Assembly: GCF_000027125.1 (NCBI RefSeq) | Contig: NC_017626.1 | Reading direction: 5' to 3' (one strand) | DNA: 64,000 nucleotides | From: Escherichia coli 042 | GTDB lineage: Bacteria > Pseudomonadota > Gammaproteobacteria > Enterobacterales > Enterobacteriaceae | Program-made: the position numbers and the translations under genes | Shown: in pieces, positions 44,751 to 51,417 of the stretch | Layout of the letters: each line of letters starts with the position of its first letter | How positions within the stretch are numbered: position 1 is the stretch's first letter | Notes under the pieces: generated by a model | Database searches by the model: none | What the model was told of the DNA's origin: nothing | The model's input: only the letters and a program-made list of their open reading frames with translations

Positions 44751-44773
44751 CAAAAAAAGCCGGATTTCTCCGG
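44751..44773 (-). terminator. Rho-independent terminator after the PerC-like gene
   Basis: Minus strand GCCGGAGAAATCCGGC + TTTTTTT. Confidence 0.7.
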
Positions 44774-44781
44774 CTGTTTGA

Positions 44782-45054
44782 TTAGCTGTCCTGGTAATTG
44801 CGCCATATTTCATCACCAGCACCATCTATACCCATTTCGGCATAAGTGCGATCGACTGCCTTTTTCAGGTCTCCGAAATTATCCGGCGGCTCCGGTGCCC
44901 TCTGTGCCTTCCTTGAACATTCCAGCCGTCGCATCGTGATGTGATGCCGTTCCTTGTCTGTCTCCACCAGCTGCATGACTTCACCCCATCGCGCCGCCGC
45001 CCTCCGGTAAAAGCCTTTCGCCTCCAGTTCCTCCGCTATGCGGTCATGTACCAT
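44782..45054 (-). CDS. PerC/Pch-family transcriptional activator (90 aa)
   Basis: ORF 44782..45174 trimmed to ATG 45054 behind GAGGGGG. MVHDRIAEELEAKGFYRRAAARWGEVMQLVETDKERHHITMRRLEC... parallels the PerC/Pch core ..LEEAGLWRRAATRWL.V....TDEERDWI.RRR..C (recalled). Confidence 0.7.
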   Translation of the reverse strand: MVHDRIAEELEAKGFYRRAAARWGEVMQLVETDKERHHITMRRLECSRKAQRAPEPPDNFGDLKKAVDRTYAEMGIDGAGDEIWRNYQDS

Positions 45055-45064
45055 CGTCACCCCC

Positions 45065-45475
45065 TCAGAACGAAATATCATCACCGTAAGGGTCATCGCC
45101 TCCCGCTGGTGGCTGATTACCCTGTGTGCCTGTGGTTTTGCGTCTGTTCCCGCCTGGACGTGCCGCGCGGGCACTGATTACGCTGTCTGCGATAACCTGC
45201 CAGCCCTGCCGCGTTTCTCCGTTCTGTCCGGTCCACTGGCTTACCTGCATCGTGCCGGATACGCTGGCAACATCGCCTTTTTGATGTTTAGCCAGGAAGT
45301 CGGCCTGTTTGCCAAATGCGATGACCGATAACCATAACGTCGCCTGTCCGTCCTGTGCCTGGCTGCATGGCAAAGATACCGCCATACGCGCCAGCGTCAT
45401 CGGTGTGCCCTTGCTGGTCTGTTTTACCTGCGGGTCGTCCACCAGCCGCCCGTAAGCGGCTATCTGTGCCGTCAT
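45065..45475 (-). CDS. ssb: Single-stranded DNA-binding protein (OB fold, Gly/Pro-rich linker, acidic tip DDISF)
   Basis: MTAQIAAYGRLVDDPQVKQTSKGTPMTLARMAV...GNQPPAGGDDPYGDDISF. The C-terminal tip resembles the SSB DDDIPF client-binding tail. Confidence 0.75.
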   Translation of the reverse strand: MTAQIAAYGRLVDDPQVKQTSKGTPMTLARMAVSLPCSQAQDGQATLWLSVIAFGKQADFLAKHQKGDVASVSGTMQVSQWTGQNGETRQGWQVIADSVISARAARPGGNRRKTTGTQGNQPPAGGDDPYGDDISF

Positions 45476-45723
45476 AATTCCACCTCTCCGGTTTTAACGT
45501 TGATGGTTGTTACCTGTTCCGCTTCGGCAATCTCCCGTTCTGTCAGCGTGGCAAAGTTTGCCGCCGCCGTGGTCATGAATGCGCTTATCAGGTCGGGATG
45601 TTCCTTCGCGTATCCTTCCCGCGTGTGGCGGTCTATCGTTCTGATTGCCACCTTTAAGGTGTGCTCAGTCATGTCTAACGCTTTATATTTTGGCTCTGTT
45701 CTGTCTCTGCGTTTTTGGGTCAT
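45472..45723 (-). CDS. Hypothetical island protein (83 aa; start uncertain)
   Basis: ORF 45472..45753 trimmed to ATG 45723 (GAGAGG RBS). ATGA-type overlap with the ssb start. Confidence 0.45.
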   Translation of the reverse strand: MTQKRRDRTEPKYKALDMTEHTLKVAIRTIDRHTREGYAKEHPDLISAFMTTAAANFATLTEREIAEAEQVTTINVKTGEVEL

Positions 45724-45734
45724 TTCTCGCAACC

Positions 45735-45925
45735 TCTCACTTTTTCGCCTCACTTTTTCAAGCGTCTCACTTCGTCGCAGTTGGGATTTTCGGTTTTTCT
45801 ATGTGTGTGTTTCATAAGTATTTTTTTACCCCTCACTTTTGAGGATGTATACAGGTCGAAAAGTGAGGGAGAGCGGGCTAATTTTGGCCCTCTTTCTATC
45901 CCCCTCGCTTTTGCTCCTCACTTTT
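45735..45925. repeat. Iteron cluster CTCACTTTT (6 direct or near-direct copies plus 1 inverted): putative island replication origin
   Basis: Direct copies at 45736, 45749, 45766 (CTCACTTCG), 45832, 45904 (CTCGCTTTT), 45917. Inverted copy at 45858-45869. AT-rich stretch 45781-45830. Directly 3' of the rep gene. Confidence 0.65.
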
Positions 45926-47324
45926 ATAGCGGCGCTACATCATCCCCATCGATACGAATAACCCCATCTTTTTCCAGCTTGTACAGCCAGCGCCGGAAGT
46001 TTTTCATTTCATACCCCAGCTTTTTCATGTCATCACGTAACAGCGGGATCGTGCACTTGTCGCCGTTCTGTGTGCGTGAACGGATGCACCCCCATAGCGC
46101 GGTATGGTTTTCCGTCTTGTTCCCTGCCTCCTCGATGCGCTCCAGTTCAACAGGAGGGCGCGGATCATCCACCACCACCAGCGACGTGATTAATTCACCG
46201 TCAGCGTCGGTAAAAAGCTCCACCACGCGTAAGTCATATGCGGCTTCTTTGAGTTCCTCCGCGTCCTTCATTTTGGTGCATGAGATAACCAGCGCTTCGC
46301 TTCCTGCGTCCTCCCTGCGTATCCGGTATTCAGCATCCAGCGAAGCACGAAATGCACTGGAACCGCGCGCGCCTTTCGTCTCATCCTTGCCGGAATGGTG
46401 AACCACCAGCACCGTGGCCCCTGTGCGTCGTTTCAGTTCGTCACAACCACGGATAAACGCCCCCATATCACGGGAATCATTTTCATCATTCCCACCAAAG
46501 CAACGCGCCAGCGTATCCAGAATAATCATGCGTACAGGTTTACCCGTTTCCCGCTCCACCTGACGGGCAGCGATAACCATTTCATCAACATCAAGCGGGG
46601 CAGCCGGAAAGATGGGGCGGTTTACCAGATACAGATTTTTCACCTGCTCATCGTGCACAACCTCCCAGGCTTTTACACGACGCGGAACACCTATACCGCC
46701 TTCACCAACCACATAGAGAACCGCACCATGTGCAACCCTGCGGCCTCCCCACTGGCGACCAGTGGCAACATGGCACGCCCACGATCCAGCAAGGAATGAT
46801 TTATAGGACCCGCTAGCCCCGTATATGCTGCATAGCGATACCGCCGGAATAATCCCCTTAACCACGTAATCCAGTTGCGTGTCGTATCCGGTAGATCCAA
46901 CGCTCATCGGTAGCGTGGTTTTTCGCTGGTGTTTTTTTTCTTCCGCCGGCTCTTTCCCGCGCACCCGTTCCAGGTATTCGCGCCAGTTCTCCCGCATATG
47001 GCTGTGCATCCCTTCGGGGTAATAATTCGCATCAGTTACACCCGCCGCCGCCAGCTTGTGCGCAATGGCATTAATATTTGATGGCCTGATGTGGCCTGCC
47101 TTGTACAGCCGGACACAATAGCGCCCCTCGTCGATGATTCTCAGGTCTGCCAGTTCATCCAGTTGATCATCAGCCAGCACAACGGGAGGCACATTATCGC
47201 CAGCCAGTCGCCCGTCCTGTTCCTGCCACTGTTTCGCATGTGCCCAGGCATCACTACCCGCAAAAATAATGACTTCGGTCATCTTGTCGTAAGGCTGTTT
47301 TTTTAAGTTCGGTGCGCTTTTCAT
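45924..47324 (-). CDS. Replication initiator ATPase (RecA/RepA-like AAA_25-type core, C-terminal wHTH), 466 aa
   Basis: Walker A GASGSYKS, Walker B MIILDTLARCFGG, VLVVHHSGKDETKGARGSSA sensor region. C-terminal basic wHTH-like tail. Confidence 0.8.
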   Translation of the reverse strand: MKSAPNLKKQPYDKMTEVIIFAGSDAWAHAKQWQEQDGRLAGDNVPPVVLADDQLDELADLRIIDEGRYCVRLYKAGHIRPSNINAIAHKLAAAGVTDANYYPEGMHSHMRENWREYLERVRGKEPAEEKKHQRKTTLPMSVGSTGYDTQLDYVVKGIIPAVSLCSIYGASGSYKSFLAGSWACHVATGRQWGGRRVAHGAVLYVVGEGGIGVPRRVKAWEVVHDEQVKNLYLVNRPIFPAAPLDVDEMVIAARQVERETGKPVRMIILDTLARCFGGNDENDSRDMGAFIRGCDELKRRTGATVLVVHHSGKDETKGARGSSAFRASLDAEYRIRREDAGSEALVISCTKMKDAEELKEAAYDLRVVELFTDADGELITSLVVVDDPRPPVELERIEEAGNKTENHTALWGCIRSRTQNGDKCTIPLLRDDMKKLGYEMKNFRRWLYKLEKDGVIRIDGDDVAPL

Positions 47325-47620
47325 TTCTTGCCCCTGAATCCGTTAACCATGGTTTTCAGCTTCTGGATGTTTGCCCGTGCCCTGGCGTTGCTGGTGGGCA
47401 CGTTATGCGGCGCGGTCTGTACCAGAGAAAAATCACGCCGGAACTGATAAACAGGCATCACGCAATCATATTCGTAACCTTCACGGCGGTAGGTTACGCG
47501 CCGTTCTTCCACGTCCTTAATCATTACCGTGCCGCCGTACTGGTCGCGGTAAATATCACCGCGCGTAAATTTAGGGTGAGTGTTGCCACTGGCAGTTAAG
47601 CCAGAATATTTAAGTTTCAT
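47321..47620 (-). CDS. DUF4222-like small protein (99 aa)
   Basis: ..GDIYRDQYGGTVMIKDVEERRVTYRREGYEYDCVMPVYQFRRDFSLV resembles the DUF4222 pattern as I recall it. ATGA overlap with rep. Confidence 0.5.
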   Translation of the reverse strand: MKLKYSGLTASGNTHPKFTRGDIYRDQYGGTVMIKDVEERRVTYRREGYEYDCVMPVYQFRRDFSLVQTAPHNVPTSNARARANIQKLKTMVNGFRGKK

Positions 47621-47625
47621 TATTT

Positions 47626-47859
47626 TTATTCTCCGGTGTGCTGTTCTTTATATCTGTCGTGCAATAGATCTATTTCTTGCAGTTCCATTATTACAGGCTC
47701 AAGAAGCGTTATTAATGCTGTGGCAATTCTTGATTTTTGTTTGTCGCGTTCATTGTCGCCAAGTGTTTCAAGCCATATGCGCAATATTTCCATCATGTTT
47801 TCACTGTGAGAAAGTGCAAGAAATGCGCGGTCTATTGTTTGGTGGTAAATATCACGCAT
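47626..47859 (-). CDS. Hypothetical island protein (77 aa)
   Basis: MRDIYHQTIDRAFLALSHSENMMEILRIWLETLGDNERDKQKSRIATALITLLEPVIMELQEIDLLHDRYKEQHTGE; helical, overlaps the upstream gene by 8 nt. Confidence 0.5.
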   Translation of the reverse strand: MRDIYHQTIDRAFLALSHSENMMEILRIWLETLGDNERDKQKSRIATALITLLEPVIMELQEIDLLHDRYKEQHTGE

Positions 47860-48319
47860 GGCTTACATCCTCAGGAAATTTTCTTCTATAACGCGCCTCT
47901 GCCACATATTCCGCATAATCGGCGGCGATATTCAGTACATCAAGCCCCGTTGATTTATATTCTCTCGTGGAAAGTAAGAAAAAAGCCGCTCTAATAAGTT
48001 CTGGCATTGACGAAAGCGCATCAGCCGCATCATCAGGAACGCCGGAAAATTCCTGTTTCAGGGAATTAAAACGATCATCACGCATAACCCCCCCCCCATT
48101 TTCACAATCAGCAATCAGGATAGCTTTGGCCTCATTCAGCGCCGTATCAGCACTAAATTGCATGACAGCCAGTGAGTGAGGAACGAAAGCACCGGCATAT
48201 TCTGTTTCGCTGGTGGCGTGCTTATGTGCCCTGTCCGCGATAACAGAAATATCAATCAGCGCGTGCATCAGCGTTTTGATGGCTTCGGCGGCTGCGTCCG
48301 GTGTGGTTTTATTGTGCAT
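47852..48319 (-). CDS. Hypothetical island protein (155 aa)
   Basis: MHNKTTPDAAAEAIKTLMHALIDISVIADRAHKHATSETEYAGAFVPHSLAVMQF... No family recognised; part of the tightly packed early operon. Confidence 0.55.
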   Translation of the reverse strand: MHNKTTPDAAAEAIKTLMHALIDISVIADRAHKHATSETEYAGAFVPHSLAVMQFSADTALNEAKAILIADCENGGGVMRDDRFNSLKQEFSGVPDDAADALSSMPELIRAAFFLLSTREYKSTGLDVLNIAADYAEYVAEARYRRKFPEDVSHA

Positions 48320-48521
48320 AAAGCATCCCCTGAATATTCGTGTTAATCATTCCGGCACGTTTTGTGATTTCCTGTAATGATTCCCTTGTGGCGACAATTG
48401 CTTCATCTGGTAAGTGGTAATTACACACCACGCGACCTTTATCCACATTGACCAGTAGCTGCCCTGTGAATTTCTCACGAAACTGAATGCGGTTAAGGTC
48501 AGTAAGTGACAGATTAATCAT
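48309..48521 (-). CDS. Hypothetical island protein (70 aa)
   Basis: ORF 48309..48563 trimmed to ATG 48521 behind AGGAGG. MINLSLTDLNRIQFREKFTGQLLVNVDKGRVVCNYHLPDEAIVATRESLQEITKRAGMINTNIQGMLYAQ. Confidence 0.5.
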   Translation of the reverse strand: MINLSLTDLNRIQFREKFTGQLLVNVDKGRVVCNYHLPDEAIVATRESLQEITKRAGMINTNIQGMLYAQ

Positions 48522-48711
48522 GGCGCACCTCCTGACGAATACGGGCGGCAAATACAGCAACACAACCGGACGGGCAACGGTTACGCGCTTCGCGTTCCGT
48601 CCAGGCGGTTACGTGGATGATTTGAGATTCTCCGGCACTCAGTGCCAGAAAACGCCACACAAAGGCCGTTTGTGTGTGTACAAGGTGTGGTATATGATTT
48701 ACAGCAACCAT
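48514..48711 (-). CDS. Small protein resembling Icd-like host cell-division inhibitors of P4-type elements (65 aa); tentative
   Basis: ORF 48514..48786 trimmed to ATG 48711 behind AGGAG. ..FVWRFLALSAGESQIIHVTAWTEREARNRCPSGCVAVFAARI fits my recollection of the F.W.F.A....V.A..E.EAR......FAAR pattern. Confidence 0.4.
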   Translation of the reverse strand: MVAVNHIPHLVHTQTAFVWRFLALSAGESQIIHVTAWTEREARNRCPSGCVAVFAARIRQEVRHD

Positions 48712-48784
48712 AACGGCTCCTAGTTTACGTTGTTGGTTAGAAGCCCTGCGAGTGGTAACGACACTTGCGGGGCTTTGTCTTTTC
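48703..48784 (+). ncRNA. Candidate ~80-nt antisense RNA across the RBS/start of the first early gene
   Basis: Extended -10 TGgTATATG (48688-48696) upstream. Then a 14-bp stem (48741-48754 / 48762-48775, two G-U pairs only on the plus-strand RNA) followed by TGTCTTTTC. Confidence 0.3.
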
Positions 48785-48802
48785 ATCGATTACCTTGATA
48801 AA

Positions 48803-48884
48803 GGTGTCAGCCACTATATTAGTAACGGGTGTCAGCCACGTCAATAGTGTTTTTCCGTTTTCTTGTGTGTATACTGTCAGCCAC
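48803..48884. promoter_or_regulatory. Divergent switch region: three GTCAGCCAC operators interleaved with face-to-face promoters
   Basis: GGTGTCAGCCAC at 48803-48814 and 48828-48839; CTGTCAGCCAC at 48874-48884. Minus-strand promoter TTGACG (48844..48839)-17 nt-TAATAT (48821..48816). Plus-strand TATACT at 48870-48875. Confidence 0.6.
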
Positions 48885-48905
48885 CTAATAACGAGGAAAT
48901 CAGAT

Positions 48906-49085
48906 ATGGCAACAAAAGCAGTTAATGCAAAATCCAAAAAGCTTGAGGCTCGAGTACCACACGCAATAGCTGATGCTGTAGAAAATTTAAAGGAAGATGG
49001 CGAAAGTACAGGGCAATTTATCGTTTCGGCACTTGAAGGCGAGATCAAACGCCGCCAGCGCCGCAAGGCCAAAGAATCAGAATAA
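48906..49085 (+). CDS. Ribbon-helix-helix-like small DNA-binding protein (59 aa): candidate island repressor
   Basis: ORF 48765..49085 trimmed to ATG 48906 behind AGGAA. MATKAVNAKSKKLEARVPHAIADAVENLKEDGESTGQFIVSALEGEIKRRQRRKAKESE has a beta-strand/helix/helix pattern typical of Arc/CopG proteins. Confidence 0.55.
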   Translation: MATKAVNAKSKKLEARVPHAIADAVENLKEDGESTGQFIVSALEGEIKRRQRRKAKESE

Positions 49086-49127
49086 TCACTATCAGCGCCG
49101 TGGTGTGAGGTATTACGGCGCATTGCT

Positions 49128-49316
49128 ATGCAGGACAACACAATGACCGATAAAGAATTGACCAAAACATTATCACCGGCACGGAAAAGACGGCGCAGAA
49201 AGATAGAGCATGAATCAGAAAGATTCGCACCATGTGCTTTTGCCCTTGAGCAATTCCTTAAAGAGTACAGGGAAAAGCGCTCATTGCAGGTATGGCAACG
49301 AACTGAACCAGACTGA
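49128..49316 (+). CDS. Possible second small gene of the plus-strand unit (62 aa, basic)
   Basis: ORF-track MQDNTMTDKELTKTLSPARKRRRRKIEHESERFAPCAFALEQFLKEYREKRSLQVWQRTEPD. Weak RBS, so may instead be non-coding. Confidence 0.3.
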   Translation: MQDNTMTDKELTKTLSPARKRRRRKIEHESERFAPCAFALEQFLKEYREKRSLQVWQRTEPD

Positions 49317-49411
49317 TTGCATTGCCCACCAGCCTGATAGCGGCTATCATCCCCGTGCTTATGTTTGGGATCACACACACAAACGGCGCAGCGGGTTATC
49401 TGTTCAGAAAG

Positions 49412-49439
49412 GCGGCTCCATTTCGGGGCCGCTTTTTTT
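49412..49439 (+). terminator. Rho-independent terminator of the plus-strand unit
   Basis: GCGGCTCC-ATTTC-GGGGCCGC followed by TTTTTTT. Confidence 0.65.
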
Positions 49440-49585
49440 ATACCTGAAAAACCCCAATTTTGTTGTTTTTCAGTTTCACCAGGGCGAACGAATCCCCGCC
49501 CACGTTCTGGCGTATATTCAATCTTCATGGTTATAGCTCTGTGTTCAGATGATTGATGTGTGGCGGCTGCGTGCCGCCAGCGTGA

Positions 49586-49774
49586 TTAATGAACTGCCTT
49601 GCAGCTATCCTTCCAGGCCAGAACCTCGGATAAAGACCAGCCAACGGAACGACCGCCAAGTTTACGACGTGATGGGAATTGTCCGGCCTTTTCCAGGCGG
49701 TAGCGACACGTACGGCTAAGGCCGGTTAGTTTTTCGCATTCTTTTTCACGTATAAACCGATCAGTGCTTAACAC
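49586..49774 (-). CDS. alpA: AlpA-family HTH regulator/excisionase (62 aa, GTG start)
   Basis: Strong GGGGGGG RBS. ..DRFIREKECEKLTGLSRTCRYRLEKAGQFPSRRKLGGRSVGWSLSEVLAWKD is the AlpA/MerR-like HTH signature. Confidence 0.85.
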   Translation of the reverse strand: MLSTDRFIREKECEKLTGLSRTCRYRLEKAGQFPSRRKLGGRSVGWSLSEVLAWKDSCKAVH

Positions 49775-50107
49775 TATTGCCCCCCCTTTCGTTTCTTAAA
49801 GAGTCATCAGGTGTCTTATTGTGTCGTATTGTTCCCGCTAGAGTGATGAATGGCAAATATTGAGGATGTATGATTTACAGAAAATGAAACAGTAAGAATA
49901 AAATCTTTTAAATTCATGTTAATACAAAGGCATAAAATATTGTTTCATGCCTTTTTTCTCGCTCTTTAAAGAGTGATTCGCTAGTGTATAAAAAACCAGT
50001 GACACATTAAAAATCAGCCACTTATAAATCTGTATGCTTTTTCGCCTCTTGTTCGTGGTTGTTCCACATTGTTGCTCATTGTTGCACGTTGTATCTGTTC
50101 GCATATA

Positions 50108-50123
50108 CAGTATGCGCATACTG
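50108..50123. promoter_or_regulatory. Perfect 16-bp palindrome CAGTATGCGCATACTG just 3' of int
   Basis: No loop, so more likely a protein-binding site than an RNA hairpin. Adjacent ATTGTTGC direct repeats at 50068-50087. Confidence 0.4.
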
Positions 50124-50140
50124 AAAAAACACGAAAAAAA

Positions 50141-51370
50141 TTATTTTCTTCTGGCTACTGGTAGCGTGGTTACGTTTTCATGTGTTCCCGCCAGTATCCC
50201 TAACCGCTCCGTCCACATATCCAGCGCATTGCGTTTAGCATCCAGATAACGGGAATGATTATAAACTCGCTGCATTCCTGGCATCTGGTGGCCTGTAAGC
50301 TGCTCCACGACATGCGGATCAACGCCTAAATCGTTCAGCATGGTTGTAAAGGTGCGCCGGATGTCATGCAGTGACCAGTGAGGATGATTAAGCCTCCTGT
50401 GCGCTAATCTTCCATACTGCGATACGCTGGCCTCCTGTTTCACTTCCCCCAGCAATAAGCCCGTGTGCCTGTTCTGCTCCACCAGCTGCGTGACGAACGG
50501 CAGGATCGCTTCCGGTATGGGCCGGAATATTGCGACCTTCGTTTTGCTGTGCTCCTTCGGAACGGTCCATAGCATTTCCGTAAAATCCCACTCCCCGATC
50601 TCCGATAACCTCAGTTCTACCGTTCTGGCTCCGAAGACAATCAGGAGGCGGATTAACGCGACGTAGTAAGGGGAGAATATTTTTTTGTCCAGTGCCTGCA
50701 ATAATTCGCCAAGTTCTTTGTTACTTAAGACACGTTCGCTTATATCCGGTTTTTTCCCAACGTCCGCCACGTTCAGATCGTCCAGAACGTTGCTGATTGC
50801 ATAGCGCCGCCTACGGCAGAACTTAAGCGCCTGTTTGCACGCCTGTAGCACGAATCCGGCAGTAACAGGCGTTCGCTTTGCCACCTGGTCAAAACAGGCC
50901 AGCCAGTGCCGTAGCTCGCATTTATCCAGCGGCATAGCACCAATCTGCTGTATTACGTGATTATTAAGTCGCCTTTTCAGGGCGATATAATCCACGCGGT
51001 TTTCCTTTACGTAATACTCAAGCCAGTAGGTGAGCGCATCGCCAACCGTTACCGGCTTTAACGCTTCCTGTACGGTGTAATTAAGCTCATGACGTGGATT
51101 TTTCCCCTCTGCCAGCCATGCGCGACACTGGGCGGCTTTTTCCCTGGCTGATTTCAGGCTCAGATCAGGATAACTTCCCAGCTTAATGCGTTCGGGTCGT
51201 GTCTCCCTTCCCGTTCCGGCCCTGTATGTGAAATACCAGGTCAATTTCCCTGATGTTAAATATTTCACGCTCAGGTTTCCGCCATCACTATAAAACGTGT
51301 TTTTCTCCGCTGGCTTACCATGAAGTTTCCTTAGCAAGGTATCGCTCAGTTTGTTCATTGCTCTGCTCAC
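50141..51370 (-). CDS. int: P4-type tyrosine integrase (DUF4102 arm-binding N-terminus), 409 aa, GTG start behind GAGGGGG
   Basis: N-terminus ..LSDTLLRKLHGKPAEKNTFYSDGGNLSVKYLTSGKLTWYFTYR... Catalytic ARTVELRLSE (R), HDIRRTFTT (H..R), GHQMPGMQRVYNHSRY (H..Y). Confidence 0.9.
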   Translation of the reverse strand: MSRAMNKLSDTLLRKLHGKPAEKNTFYSDGGNLSVKYLTSGKLTWYFTYRAGTGRETRPERIKLGSYPDLSLKSAREKAAQCRAWLAEGKNPRHELNYTVQEALKPVTVGDALTYWLEYYVKENRVDYIALKRRLNNHVIQQIGAMPLDKCELRHWLACFDQVAKRTPVTAGFVLQACKQALKFCRRRRYAISNVLDDLNVADVGKKPDISERVLSNKELGELLQALDKKIFSPYYVALIRLLIVFGARTVELRLSEIGEWDFTEMLWTVPKEHSKTKVAIFRPIPEAILPFVTQLVEQNRHTGLLLGEVKQEASVSQYGRLAHRRLNHPHWSLHDIRRTFTTMLNDLGVDPHVVEQLTGHQMPGMQRVYNHSRYLDAKRNALDMWTERLGILAGTHENVTTLPVARRK

Positions 51371-51395
51371 GTTTTACCCCCTCTTTACGAAAAAG

Positions 51396-51417
51396 TGACT
51401 ACACCAGTGACTACACC
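51396..51417 (+). repeat. Tandem TGACTACACC x2 (arm-type site candidate), right arm, just upstream of int
   Basis: Identical to 40595-40616. Confidence 0.6.

Noticed and set aside
40935-45925. Short repeat arrays (the TGTCAC x5 array and the CTCACTTTT iterons) considered as a possible CRISPR array
   Set aside because: The repeats are only 6-9 bp. Their spacing is 10-90 bp and irregular, or lacks unique spacers of CRISPR size. No cas genes are present. They fit protein-binding iterons instead.
45715-46401. 228-aa plus-strand ORF (Ser/Phe/Pro-rich) opposite the rep gene
   Set aside because: It is generated by the CTCACTTTT iterons and by the antisense of a well-supported ATPase gene. It has no RBS and its sequence is low-complexity.
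48737-49528. 263-aa minus-strand ORF spanning the switch region and the plus-strand small-gene unit
   Set aside because: Its composition is Cys/Ser/Arg-rich and looks like antisense read-through. It lacks an RBS and runs across three operators, a promoter pair and a plus-strand terminator. The plus-strand RHH-like gene, with an RBS and terminator, explains the region better.
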